Positions 29,846 to 48,522 of a DNA stretch of 64,000 nt are shown in pieces. The position numbers and the translations under genes were made by a program. The stretch is from the human T2T-CHM13v2.0 reference genome, Homo sapiens. The stretch lies in NCBI RefSeq assembly GCF_009914755.1, contig NC_060929.1. One strand, written 5' to 3'. The notes under the pieces were generated by a model. That model was not told the DNA's origin, did no database searches, and saw only the letters and a list, made by a program, of their open reading frames with translations. Positions within the stretch are counted from its first letter, which is position 1, and the number at the start of each line of letters is the position of its first letter.

Positions 29846-31054
29846 AAGGAATTGTATTAGTAACAGGAACAGAGGTAACAGAAATGAGGCGCTTCAATCA
29901 TTTCCAATGTTGTAATTTCCCATTGAATGCAGAGAAGAAACATACTTTTCCAAGACCTGAACTTTTTTTCTTTCCTTCTTAATGTAACAAATGACTGCTG
30001 TGATTCAAAAGCACTATTTGGTCTCCTATCAATTATTTTATTTTACATTTGGGGTTTGTACATTTGATCAGCAGTAAAGCTAATTCATTTCTCAATTCAT
30101 CTTCCTACGTAGGTATATATGTGAGAACAAAGCAAGTACTGAGCTGGCAAAGCATCTTTTTTCACTGGATCCTCTTCTGTTACTTTTAAAATGTATCTCT
30201 CTGTGTTAGCATTTTATGGAAATGTATGCATAGGAAAATACACCCTACTTTTCTCCTTTCTCAAGACTCATTTCCACTACCATAAGGCTAATGATTCCAT
30301 TTTATAAGCAGGCTTCATTACCTAGCCATAAATATGACAAGAAAAATATTAAAATCAATTTGAGTCATCACAGGTGGTAACATCCAATTTATCTGACATT
30401 ATTAAAGAATTAGATGAGAAATAGAAATGAATGTTTGAGATAATAAGGGGTTTAGTTCCTTATGTGCTTTTTCATTTTAGCAAGCTTTCTCCAATGCGTC
30501 TTTCTAAAGTACATTATACTTCAGTGAATTCTTGACATACAGTGTTCTGGATACCAGAAAACATTTTCATGGTAATTCAGGGTCATTATCATAAACAAAT
30601 GCTGGTTTTTGTTTTTTTTCTGTATGGAAATACCTCAGAAGCCTTTGAGAAGTATACATTTTTTTTTTGGACTTTTAATAAACAGATGTACGCTGGTCTT
30701 TCTGTTTTCTTTTTTTCCTCTTCTTCTTTAAATGGGAGATTGTATTTCAGTTTTTTCCTTCCTCCAAATAAGAAATATGCATTTTTTTCAAACAGTTTAC
30801 TACCCACCTTTTATATTTACATCCCTTCCTTTTAATCAGATAACTAATCGTGTTAAACCATTTAATGTAATTTAGCCACAACTAAAGTTTTCTGTCGTCT
30901 GAGGGATATTTCATTGTCTCCTTAGGTAATTCATATTAGTTCTATGATATCCTTCAAGAGGCACTTTTCCACTTGCTATTGGGTTTATCATTATATTTCA
31001 AATATCTGAAATTGCTAAAAATCTGCTGTCTTCAACAAGTGGGAATTTCTAATA

Positions 31055-32050
31055 TTGAACTTTTAAACGGTGACTATAGCTACTAATAATGCATATTTCA
31101 AAATAACTAAAACAGAAGATTTTAAATTTTCTCACCACAAAGAAATCATAAATATTTAAGGTGAAAGAAATGCAATTAGCTTGATTTGATCATTCCACAA
31201 TGTAGACATGTGTGTGTTGACAAAGATTCAAACTCTGTAAAATATTTGAAAAAATTTATTCAGAGCAAAATATGTGTGACCAATGACCTGTGACACAGCC
31301 CCAGAAGACCCTGAGAACATGCGCCCAAGATGTCAGGCTACAGCTTGGTTTTATACATTTTAGGGAGACATAAGACATCAAGAGAGTAATTGATCTTTTA
31401 ATTAATTAATTAATTTATTTATTTAATAAGACATCAAAAGAATAATTAATCTTTTGCAGCATTTTGTTTCCAGTTGTGCTGTTCTGATCCTAAATGTAAA
31501 CACAATCTATTAATGTCTTATGTCTCTCTAAAATATATAAAACCAAGCTGTAGCCCAAGTGAGGTTGGGAAGGTACTTTCAGGTAATTGAATTCAAAGAT
31601 TTTCTGATTGGCAATTGGTTGAGAGACTTTATCTAAAGACCTGGAATCAATAGAAGGGAGTGTCTGGGTTAAGATAAGAAATTGTAGAGACTAAGGTTTT
31701 TATTATGCAGATGAAACCTCCAGGTAGCAGGCTTCAGAGAGAATAGATTGTAAATGTTTCTTATCACACTTACAGAGTCTGTTCTATCAATTGTAGGATT
31801 TATGTTTTCATGTTAACGCTGGTCAGCTATACCTGAATTCCAAAGAGAAGAAAGTATAATGAGGCATATCCTACCTCCACTTCTCATCATGGCCTGAACT
31901 AACTTTTCAGGTTAATATTGGAATGCCCCTGGCCAAGGGGGATGGTTCATCAGTAGTTTAGAGGATTAGGGTTTTATTTTTGGTCTACATGTTGAAACAC
32001 TGCATTGTACCCCATAAATATATACAATTATTATTTGTCAATAAAAACTA
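31055..32050 (+). mobile_element. L1M 3' end split by an ERV1 LTR
   Basis: 'tatttcaaaataactaaa..tctcaccacaaagaaat..ttgatcattccacaatgta', resumes 'cattgtaccccataaatatatacaatt'. Confidence 0.75.
31215..31989 (-). mobile_element. MER4-group ERV1 solo LTR with internal rearrangement
   Basis: 'ctgagaacatgcgcccaag..cagcttggttttatacattttagggagaca', 'caggtagcaggcttcagagagaatagattgtaaatg'; TG..CA ends. Confidence 0.82.
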
Positions 32051-32267
32051 AAATTTGTAAAACTTTTTAATTGGAAAATGTAATACACATATTTGATCAA
32101 ATAATGATATGAATATGAGATTTCAAAAGCAGCCTTGAAAATATTACAAATAGGTAAAGATGATTAGACTCAGTGTCAGAAAAAATAGTCTATAATTATG
32201 ATGATTTTTGAACCAGAGCATCTTCTATCTTGGTTGATATGAACTTATTTTAAAGCACAGAAACTTC

Positions 32268-36223
<3,956 letters not shown>

Positions 36224-37920
36224 AAAGTACAGAAACTTCATTTTAATAGATTAATTAAGCATCAAGTAACCAAAGAATTTGCTGCTTTCAAGTGAGTAGT
36301 AAAATTTTGCTCATCAATAGTTTCAATTGGCAAATGGTACAAAATGTGTTCATTGACTTAAATTTTCAGCATCAGATCTATTTGTGACAGGAGAAACACA
36401 AGTGTTGGTTGAAAAATATTTGTTAAATTGCTGTTAGAGGACTAGGCATTGCCTGAGAAACATGATACATGAAACATGATCACTGCTTGATCATGCCTGT
36501 TTGATTTCTTCTCATATGTTTAGAAAACTGGATTTCTCTTATTTTGTTGTATGTGTATAATAATACACATTTCTCTCTGGATAGACATTTGTAGGAAGAT
36601 AGGTAAAGGAATTGCAGAGCTCTGTAAATTGGCATCCCTGAAGTCCTGATGACAAGGGAAATGGAAGCTTATTACTGTCAGCATGTGTCCAGATAACAAC
36701 TGGGGACCAACAAAGGTTGTTCATCCAATATTTACACTTCAGTGTGAAAACGTAGTTGTAACTGATTGATTGAACCAGCTAAACACAGTAGAGGGAACGC
36801 ATCTTTATTCTTTCACATTTCCTTCTTTCCTTCATGCTCCTAGCTTCAGCCTTTATCCCTTATAGTTCCCGCGGCTTGCCTTCACTCCAGGTACTAATAC
36901 CAAAACTTCAGCCTCTTAAAAAATTCAAAGTTTCTGTCTTCCCCTGCTCAGGCCTGCTTTAGCTTCTTCACTATTTGCCTTCCTCTTCCACTCACTAGGC
37001 TGCCTCTCCATTGGAGAGTTACAAGAGAGAGAAGAGGTAATGGGGCAGAAAAGGCTTAGGATGGTGTTAGTGCCTTCTGAAAGAGCTAGATATCTAATTG
37101 CAGATTATTTCCTTGTGAGGTATGGAGAGCCCTTTACTGGAGTCTTCCAATTCCCTAGCATGCTGAAGACCCCTCTAGTGGGCTCCCTACAACTTAAGTC
37201 TCCCACAGTACCTGGCTACCAGTGCTTCCACACTAGTCACTTCTCCAGTCCACATGGTCCACACAGGTGAGGTCACATTCAGGAAAACAAGGCTGGTGCC
37301 CTTTTTCAAGGATATGCGTCTGGTGTTTCACCTCTCACCACTGTTGCTTGCTTCTTTCTCTGCACACTCCAGGTGGGCTCCTGATAATTTAAACATTTTT
37401 ACCTGTGAGCACACACCAATCCCTGCATTCTCCAAATTCTGGAGAACATGTATCACGTTGTTGCATTACTCACTCATTTTTCTCCTCATTGGTTAATGCA
37501 CATATTTTATTTACTCAGGATACACACAGATAACATGAGTTTGTTTCCCGTTAAGACTGTCTTGCCCATTCAGTGTGATATCATCAGAAGGACAGAAGGA
37601 AGCAATTACATAATGTGAAGTGCCTCCTCTTCTCAGATTAATACTTCCCAACACAGAAACATTGTAAATCTTTTTTGAGAAGAAAGGGGGAACTTTGCCT
37701 TTGCCTATGAAATAAGTGAAAGAATATGCTATTTAAAGCATGTTGTTAGTTTAGCTGGCTAGAAGCTATCTGTCTGACAAAAATGTTTTCTTTCCTTTCA
37801 AATCTGTGTTTTTTTATATTTGGGATGTTCTGTTTATGAATTATTTATATCTCTTATTTACCAGAAATGACTTTGGACCATTGCCAAAGCACCAGGTCTG
37901 CTGTTTCTGAACTTAAACGC

Positions 37921-37921
<1 letters not shown>

Positions 37922-37959
<38 letters not shown>

Positions 37960-37981
37960 GCACACACACACACACACACAC
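37922..37981. repeat. Interrupted (AC)n microsatellite
   Basis: direct reading. Confidence 0.95.
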
Positions 37982-39457
37982 TACTTTTGTTCTGTTTAAT
38001 TATGGAGGCTTCTGCTTTCCTCTTATCAGGGCCATGATTCAGTCCTTTTAGTATGTAATTATCCCAAGTGTCCTCGATTTAAAAAAGTGAGACTCTGTAT
38101 TTTTGTCAGAATGCAGTGTTATTCAGCGATGGAAATCTTTTGTGGCGTTTTGTTTCCAGTTGTACCATTGTGATTCTAAATGTAAACACAAGAATTTGAA
38201 TTTCTACTTGGTAAAGAGAATTCATCTTGACATAAACTAACCAACAAAAAAGTGAAGGAAAATTCTAAGTACTCATTGCCTTATCTGCAAAACAGCTATG
38301 GATAGCTTAAATGTTGGATGGCAGGACTATGCCTAATGATCTTTTCAAGATCCCTCTAGGTCAAAGTACCATAATGTAGAACAAGAACATGAATGGCTGA
38401 AAAAAATCACTTTTCAAATTTCTAGGTTCCTCATCTGTAGGATTAAGATAATTACACTTCATAAAGTTAATAGGACCATCATGTGATATAACAGTACCTG
38501 AAACAGCAGGCATGACATAAATGCCTGTTCACTCTAGCAATGCGTTATATTTAGATAGGGGGAAATGGCATTTTAAAAAACTGCACTCAAAAAGCACTTC
38601 AGGAAAATTTCCAAAAATCTCAATTTTAATGACCTCTTTGCAGAGTTAATTGTTATTTCTTGGTACCGCAGGCTTCATAAGGTTAACTAGCCTAGAGTTC
38701 AAAATGAGATTCCATTAATGGTGAAGATCCCTGTTTTGCTAACTCCTGCCCAAGTGAGATCACCTACAGTGGTACTGGGGAGTCCACAGAGAGAGACAAT
38801 CCCTCTCACTTGTTCTCAGTCAGAGAGCATTTGGGGGGTCTGTCAGTTTCTTCCTCTCTGTCCCTGCCATTTTGAGTGAGGTCAGTTGCTGAGCCCTCTG
38901 AAGGCCCACAGTGTTTACTCATCCTCCCTCTTGCCCTCTGTTGCTGGACCCCACTATGCACTGCAGCAGACAGCTCCAGGAGGCAGATGGGCCTATGCTC
39001 TGAAATCCTAAAAACACTGGGTCTGCTCTAAATTCCTCATGTGTGACATGGGAGAATAATTTTCTCTCTACCCTGCTACAATTTATCACACTGTGGAAAA
39101 GGGTTTAGTTTTGGGGACAAATCTTGAGTTACAGATGCCATACACAGAAAGCATTGGCAGGCCTACACTACTAATAAGCTAGACCTGCATAAGTGGGCCG
39201 AAACCCACTGTGAATTCATCATAGTCTTGAGTTGGAATGATTATGTTTAGGTTCACACCTCTTTATAAAATACTTAGAGCTTTGTTTACTGTATAGACTC
39301 AAAAGAACTACATATTCCACTAACCCTAAAATTAAGTATTCTGATTCCTCAAAGTACCAAAATATGGACAATTTTAATGTACCCAAGAAGTTTCCTGTCC
39401 ATCTTTCACTTTAAATATTGGCCTTTGCTATAATCTGAACATAATCTGAATCTAATT

Positions 39458-39951
39458 TTTTAACCAAAATACCAGGGGTTTGGTATAGGTCCTGCTGCTT
39501 GCATTACAGAAAACCAATTACTGACACAAGTATTGCCAGGAAAGAAGGCTTTAATCAGGTGCTGTGGCAGAGGAGATGGGAGATCAGTCTCATATCCATC
39601 TCCCTGACCAACTAAAATTCAGGGTTTATATACCAGGGAAGAAATGGAACCATGTGTAGGAAAACAGGAATTAGGGAGTGGTAAGAAAGAGGAGTTGATC
39701 AACAGGAGGCAGGTAGTCAGTTAGGCAATCATAACAGCCAAGGTGTCTGGCATCTCATTGTTCAAATCCAATGATCTGGTGAGTATCAGCTCCTAGCTAC
39801 CATCTGGGAGGCCTCATGGTTGGTTTCCTTAGAAAGGAACTCAGATAAAACAAATGTAACTTTCTCAAGTTTTAAGACTGGGAGAATCAATTTATGGGTT
39901 TATTCAAAAAATTATAAATACCATCTCTATGGGACAATTGGGTTAGTTTCA
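39458..39951 (-). mobile_element. ERV1-class solo LTR (LOR1/MER57-like; subfamily uncertain)
   Basis: rc begins tgaaactaacccaattgtcccatag; 'attgccaggaaagaaggctttaat..gagatgggagatcagtctca'. Confidence 0.7.
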
Positions 39952-41354
39952 ATCTAAACAATTCCATTGAATTTAGAGAGTTTTCTTATGACTACTTTTG
40001 GAAATTCCTAGAAATACAAAGATGAAAAAGGTATGAGTCACTCTTCCAGGACCTCCACAGACTATAAGAGAATTAAACACAGATAAAAATTTAGATAGAT
40101 CATGTCTTGTTGTTTTTGAATATACAATAATGCATATTATCTTGCTTTTGAAGCACAAGTACTGTTTAGTTTATTTGAATGATATAACCACATTGAAGTT
40201 TTTTGGAATTGTGGTTATTTTAAGAAACTATATATGTTTGGTTGTAAATATTAAATGCTGCTACTCTTATATAACCAGATTTCCCTATCACATAAGAAAA
40301 TACACACAAATACTACTAATAATGATAATAGCTTTTATTGCTGTTGCATACTTATTTATACTAGATGCTTCATATGCTTGAATTTGCTTACTTATTACAA
40401 CAACCTTGAAAGTTATGTATGATATGGTTTATTTTGCATTGAAAGAAACTGATGAATGATGTAGTCGGTTGCACAGAATCACACACAACTTGCCAGGGCA
40501 ACTGTAAAGTCAATACTTTAGGCTTTACCTTCTCTGCTTGATTATATCTCAAGAACACAGCATCTTCTTAAGAATGGGCTCATTTTCATCCTTTAATTTT
40601 TTTAGCCACTTATGGTAACCACCAGGAAGCTTGCTTTGAGAAACTGCTATTTCAGCATAGAAAAAGTCCATATAATGGTGATCAGAACAGATTTTAATTT
40701 TTTTCTGCTGCATAAAAAGTACCACATCTCTTCTATTTCCTTCTCTTAACATTCTGGTGATCACTTGCCTTCCATCCCACTTCACCATTATCTACTATTA
40801 TGAACAATAATAACAAAATATCATAATGCATACAAAAATGCACAAGCACTTTCTGCATGAGCCATTTGTTGTCAGCACACTCAGTAAAGGGGCTCGGTAG
40901 GGATAGACAGTGGCAGCCCTTCTAGTAATCTTTGACAAGTACTGGATACTTCTCCAAGAAAGCACCACCTTCTTCTATTAGGTGGAGGAGGGAGAGAGAA
41001 GGCTGGTATTTTCATTCCTTTTCAGTGAATAGATGGTGCTGAACTATAGACTTCTTAAGAAACTCTAAATGTAAGCATTCAAAGAAAGAAAAATTACCCC
41101 CTAAAAAAATCTACGGTGTAATTTTATATATATTTAGACCTAAATAGTTTTAAAGACCAAATCTGAATACTAACGTATTATAAAACAAATGGCAGTTTGT
41201 AGCTTTAACCTGTTGGACTTTTTCTGTGTACTGACCTTCAGATGCATTTTTACTATAGCATAGTTAAAATGCGCTATTTAATTCTAATTAATTCCAAACC
41301 ATATACAGGATATTGAAGTAAAAGCTTGTTTTTGTCTGGTGTCAGGAGTGAAGA

Positions 41355-43440
41355 GTTTCTTATACAGGGGTAGCACAGAGAAATTTTGGGGGTGACAAAA
41401 CTGTTCTGAGTGGAAGTGTGGAGGTGGATACATAGCTCCAGGCATTTATCAAAATCCATAAAACTGTACAACAAAAAAGTGAATGTTTTTCTTCAATTTA
41501 AAAAGTCCATTAGGAAGTGGCAGGGGGGTAGAACACAGACAGTAACAAATGAATCTTAACTATATTACACAGTGAACCACATAACCACATTGGGGGATGG
41601 TAGGAAGAAAGGAGCTGACCTTCCATCATTTGGAAAATGATGTTTAGACTGGATACTATAAAATAAAGATAAAAGGAACTGTATATATGCATATTAGTGA
41701 GGAATTTTGAAAGTAATATGTTTGTATACTAGGATTGAACAAATAGCTATTATATCATAGATAATGGGAGCTAGGAGTCCCACTGTTAAGAGTAAGAAGT
41801 TACAAAAGAAAGGGGAATGCTAGAATGAGCCCTGTGGTCCTGAATGAGAGGTGGAGGTATTAATGTGGATATACTAAAAAATTGTATATACTATAATTAT
41901 ATATACATACATAATATGTATACATATACACACATAGAGGAATAGAAATAGACACAGAAATATAGATGCTTACATATGCATGAGTTAATATACATACCTA
42001 TATTTCCTAGTTCTCTTCATTGAGGAGACTAGAAGCAGTAATTTCCCCAATAGCAATGAGCATGTTCAGTGCTTATAGCTTAGTAGTTTCTAAATACAGT
42101 TCTGCAGTAAAAAATACTCGGGGTCCTTGGAGAACTGTTTGATTCCAGGGCTGGGGCAGGGAAAATACAAGTTGCATCTAGAGCATCTTGCTATACTGGA
42201 AAGTGCCAGGTGCTAAACATAAGGGAACCGGGGACGAAACCTAGTGAAAGGAGCACAGAGCCAACCTGAAAGAGCTTGAGCAATAAAAAGATTATAATAG
42301 TGGATTTTACTCCAAAGAATGGAATAAATATCCATGGCCCCATGCCAATATAAAAAATTGAATCAATGAATAAGGTGGTTAAACAACAGTGCTTTGCAGA
42401 AGAATTCCAATTTTAAGTGTAGAAGAAGGGACTATATTAAAATACAAAATTATAAATAGAAAATCACTATTAGAATATCACAGTAACAATTGCTGCAAGG
42501 CAAGATCCACCAATGGAGGCTAAAATTAATGGGCAAAAGTATAAGCAAAAACAGGATATTTGCATAGTCTCAAAGTATCTCTTTCAAACTATTTAATAAT
42601 TACAAATGAAAAAAGTAGTAACTTGACAGTGGACAACCTTGGCAGACATTATCCTAGCCGAGGTTAACATAACCACCAATACGTATAGTCATAATGAACC
42701 CCCGATATGACGCACTGCGGAGACTACATCACCTGCGTGGTATCGTTCCAGATAATGCATGGTCTCAATACAATTATGAGAAAACATCAGACCAAATGAA
42801 ATTCAGGAACAATCTACCAAATAACTGACAAGAAGTATTCAAAGTTCTCAAGGTCATGAATGATAAGGAAGATTGAGAAACTGTTACGGACTCAGGGTGA
42901 CTAAGGGCATAACAACTAAATGCAATATGGGATCTTGAATTGGATCCTGGAACAAAAAAACTGCATAACTAGAAAAACTGGAGAAATATATATATATATA
43001 TGTATTTTCAGATGGAGTCTTGCTCTGTCGCCCAGGCTGGAGTGCAATGGCGCAGCCTCAGCTCACTGCAACCTCCTTCTCCCGGGTTCAAGCAGTTTTC
43101 TGCCTCAGTCTTCCGAGTAGCTGAGACTACAGGCGCATGCTACCATACCCAGCTAATTTTTTGCATTTTTAGTAGAGACAGGGTTTCACCCTGTCAACCA
43201 GTATGGACTCAATCTCCTGACCTCATAATCCGCCTGCCTCAGCCTCCCAAAGTGTGAGAAATATTTTAAAAGTTCTATCGTGCACTTTGGTTAGTAGTAT
43301 TGTATCAAAGTGCTTAGTTTTGATAAATCTTCCATGGTTATGTAACATGTTAACAGAGGGGAAGCTGTGAAGGATGTATGGGAATTTTCTGTACTATTTC
43401 TGCAACTCTTCTGTAAGTCTAAAGTTATCTCAAAATAAAG
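41355..43440 (+). mobile_element. Ancient L1MC/MD/ME 3' regions (interrupted by an Alu)
   Basis: 'ttggatcctggaaca', 'ctgtactatttctgcaactcttctgtaagtctaaa..tcaaaataaa'; separate L1M end at 41355-41500. Confidence 0.7.
42988..43254 (-). mobile_element. 5'-truncated AluS with (TA)n tail
   Basis: ends at 'cctcccaaagtg'; TSD gagaaatat. Confidence 0.88.
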
Positions 43441-44469
43441 TTTTTTTTTAATTTGCTTTGATTTTTTTCACTACCATTGGTTCTTTTCTAAGTATGACGT
43501 AAGGTGTTGCCAACCATTTTTTTTAGTATTTTTTTAAATGAGCAACCACCACCTGCAGTTGAAAGCAGTTGTACCAATTTTTATTTGCAGCCAAATTCAG
43601 CCTCTTTATCCCAGTACAGAGCTGGTTACTTCCAAATGGTCTTAAGGAGGAGGAGAATCTGGAAGGAGTAGGAGCCTGAATTGTCCAGAAATTATTATTT
43701 TTATTCTCTTATCCTTATAGTATTAACATTTTATTGCTCTGACTCTTTCTCCTCCTATATTCGTTTTGTGATCTATAATACTTTGATATTTAAATATGAT
43801 ATTTTAGTATTTGGTGTGCTGCTTCCAAGTGTCTAATTTGTTTTTTGCTCCCCTTGTGGGTACACACATACAAAGTAGAGCAATTCTCTTAGATAATTCT
43901 ATGACAGCTATAATTTTGCTAGGAGATTAATAATTTTTGATTATCCAGACTGTTAGATAGTATGTAAATTATAGTACAGTAAGCACTCACTTCTGCTTAC
44001 AGAATCGCCCCTCCAGGGCCCCTAGGTAACCCACTGTGTTTGTCATTTTCTAAGTGATTCTTCCTATTTCCGAAACCAGGCATTAGATACACCAATACTA
44101 TTAGGCTGACCAGAGCAGCCAGTCAGCCAGTGTGGACAGACAAAACTTGAAGAAAGACTTCTACCCTGTTTTTCGCCTCCCTCTGTGAGCAGCCTCAGGG
44201 AAGAGCAGTTCAAACACTGGCTGCCATGGCTTGTATTTCTACTCTTAGCATGTCACAGATGAACCTCCAGGAGAGGCTGGGACTCTCCTGCTACCTGTGA
44301 GAATGACTTAATTGACAAAGTGCTACTGCAGGATTCCACTACCTACTCCTGCCTATCTTTTGAGCTTCCCTCTTGTGTTTGGATTTTTGAAACACTGGTC
44401 TGACTTTTTAGTTCTTTGGTTTTCCTTTCAAACTAATTAAGTGTAACTACGTGTTAAGATGTCTACACT

Positions 44470-45085
<616 letters not shown>

Positions 45086-45269
45086 TGCAGTACTTTAAAA
45101 AATCATGATTTGTCTGCTTATCAGAGAGGAACAGTCTTTCTCCTATAACTTGGAAGGTATACACACCCACGTTTATTGATATCTGCCAAACCTTAATCTG
45201 TCTAGTTGGGTGTTTGTGGGAGCTGGTGCACTTGGTTTGGCTTCAGTGCCTGTGAATTTACTACCAAAT

Positions 45270-45460
45270 CACCAAGGATTAAATTCTCACTCTCTCTGCC
45301 CCATGCTGGCTGTGTGACCTTGCACAAATAAGACTTCTCTGAAACAAAGTTTTCTTACCAAGGGGAGAAAAAAAATGGATAATAATAACGTTTACCTTAA
45401 AGTGTTTGGGATGAACTACATGAGATGATTTAAGCAAATTACTCACTACTACCTGATGGA
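45270..45460 (+). mobile_element. MIR SINE
   Basis: 'ctggctgtgtgaccttgcacaa..ttctctgaa..agtttt..ggataataataac'. Confidence 0.55.
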
Positions 45461-46997
45461 GTAGGTTCTAGAAGAATTTAGAATATGAGGAAAAGGCAAG
45501 TGATATCTATAGACCCAGTTTCCTAATTCCACTTTCTCAGGCTCAGGAGAAAACTAAAAGCAATAAAATTCATAGAAGGTTCTTGACCAAAGGGAATCAT
45601 TAAGAATCATTAAGATATTCAGAAATTATGAAAAATGAATTAATATTAGAAAGTATCCATGATTAATATTTCAACTTTGAATAATAGTTAATGACAGTTG
45701 CCTTTAATTATTAGTGTTTTCTAATTTTTTTAACTGTGTTAGAATTTTTCCCTAAAAAATGCCTTTACATTAATGTGTGGGTTTGACTTGCAGCACAACC
45801 CTAAATATGCACCTGGACAGATTTAAATTCATTCTCCACTAAGCATGCAGATCCCAAAAGCAGTTGGGCAGAGCAGTGTCTGTAATTGATATAACATATT
45901 GGTAAATCAACACATTTATTTCTCCCCCAGTGACTCATGCAGCTGTATACATCTAAAATAAACTGTAATTCTACCTCCCACAAACCAATTTGAAGACTCT
46001 CTGCTAATGTTTATTTGGTGGTTGATAAAAATGGAATAATTACGTGGAAGTTGTTTTTCTTTCTGGCATTTCCAGTGCTCCTTTCCAAACAGATCTTTCT
46101 TTGAGAGAATATTTGGAAGGCAATGCTTTCCATTCTCCAAACCTCCTTTGATATGCTGGTAGCAATATAGAGAGGCAAGTAGATGTGTTCGTTGTTAGTA
46201 GTGTGTCCTTTTACTAGAGCTGGATAACATTTTAGTACAGATGCCAAGGATGTAGTGACTATGGAAAGTCTTATATAATTCTCAAAAATTAGTCAAACAA
46301 TGACAATGAGATGGGAATATCCCCCGTCTTTATAAGTGAATTAATACGTATGTCTGTACGCGAATGTGTGAGAATGATTCTATTTTGAATGGAATTTATT
46401 CCTTTTACATAAGAGTCATTACCCATAAAAATGATATTCAGAATTTCATCTTTTCATTTATTTTGCACTGGTGTGAGGAGCTATCTACTCTTATAATTGC
46501 ATTTGTGAATACTCTTATAAGTGCATTTGTATAATTGGGGCAGAGCCAAATAGTGAAACATTTTCATGGGGTCTACTTTGCACAGATTCTCAGGCTAAAA
46601 TCATGAAGTAAGCTATGGCACATAATATGTCAGTCCCTTAAAGCCAACCTCTACCGAGCTTTCAGAGCTGACTGTTCAATGTAGCAGAATCTCTGGTGCA
46701 GTTGTTTCTAAATGAGGCTCATAGACTGAGCAGAGCCTAATGTAATGAATGTGTCTCACCTCTGAGTCCCTGGGTATCTTGTCTCCACTTTATTTTAATT
46801 GTAGTGACTACAAAAAAAAAATAGAGGAAGTTTTGCAGAGAGAAATTTAGAAAATAGATACTGTATTTTGGAAAGCATCAATGCTTTCCAAAAGCATTAA
46901 TTAATGAGGGAATATTTTTATGAGCACAGAGATAAGGTATGGGAATATTCATAGAAGGGCAGACATAAAAAGGAAGCTTTCAATGTACTCTATTTGA

Positions 46998-47275
<278 letters not shown>

Positions 47276-47434
47276 TGAGGAGTTAGATTTCTAATGCATC
47301 TATATCCTTGATGCTCATACACACCTATTTATCAAAGTATCCGATTGTCAGCAGATTATTGATTTTTCCCTAGATTCCACCTAAAGTTGAAATGACAAAG
47401 TCAAATTTAGGTCCCTTAGTGACAAAAGTTAAAT

Positions 47435-47615
47435 AATGTAGCTATCATTAACTGAGTAATTATTATGTTCCAATTAATAGGGTAAGAGCTTTACGTGAAT
47501 TCTATCATTTAATCCTTAAACTAACTTTATGAAGTTCATTTATCTTTGTAAATGTTACCAGTCAAAGGAAAATGAGGCTTAAAGAAGGTACGTAACTTAC
47601 ACAAGTTGTTAGTAT
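47435..47615 (-). mobile_element. MIR SINE
   Basis: 'actgagtaattattatgttcc..tcatttaatcctt..ggaaaatgaggcttaaagaagg'. Confidence 0.55.
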
Positions 47616-48274
47616 TCAGGAAATGTATACCTGTAAATTTGTAATTGCCATTTCAACCCTCTTAAGTCTTAGAAAAGGCACAATTTGTTGACTTTTTGAT
47701 CTAATCAAACATAAACTGTGCAAGAAATGAAAAAGCTCACCTCAACTTTGCCTTGAAATATAAATGTTTCACTGATCAAGTATAATAAATTTCTCCAGTT
47801 GGGTCGCCCCAGAGGTATAAATTCTCTCTTTGCATCTAAATGTATTAAACAGTCCCGCAAGTACTTTTTAATTGAAAGTGAAAACTGCTAGCAATTGTCT
47901 AACAGCTGGAGTATCCGTGAAGAGCTGGCATTCAGTGGACTATTTCTTCATACTCTTATTTTCTCGTGCATGATCACACTGCTACAAAATCTTGATAAAC
48001 CATCCGAGTATTTTTTGTTTTTGTTTTTGTTGTTTTTGTATTAATTTAACATTGTCAAAGAGCAATCACGATCAGTTTAATGATCAAATAAATGCTGTCT
48101 TTTACTGTATCATTTCCTTCATAGAATAGCATAACGCAAATTTCTCAAAATCACCATTGATTCAGCAGTTATTACAAGCTTCTCAGAAACATCACAAAGC
48201 ACAAGTTTTTTCTAAAAAATTACCAAAAAGATATGATTATGTCAGTTAAGACTATAAGATATTTTTCAACGTAT

Positions 48275-48522
48275 CCTGTTTTTAAATGACAAAAATTATA
48301 TATATTTATAGTGTATAACATAATATTTTGATATATGTAGACATTGTGGAACGGCTAAGTCAATCTCGTTATCATACCCATTACCTCACATACATTTTTG
48401 AGGTGAGAACACTTAACATTTATTTACTGTCTTAGCAATTTTCAGGTATACAATATATTGTTATTAACTATAGTCACCATGTTATACAATAGATCCCTTG
48501 AAATTATTCCTCTTGTCTAACT
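48275..48522 (-). mobile_element. L1MA 3' end fragment
   Basis: 'gtgagaacacttaa..tcttagcaattttcaggtatacaatatattgttattaactatagtcaccatg'. Confidence 0.8.

Noticed and set aside
46486-46530. 21-bp tandem duplication tactcttataa(t/g)tgcatttgt; similar short tandems at 39.4, 45.6, 50.7, 51.5 and 62.2 kb
   Set aside because: Ordinary slippage duplications with two units; not CRISPR-like
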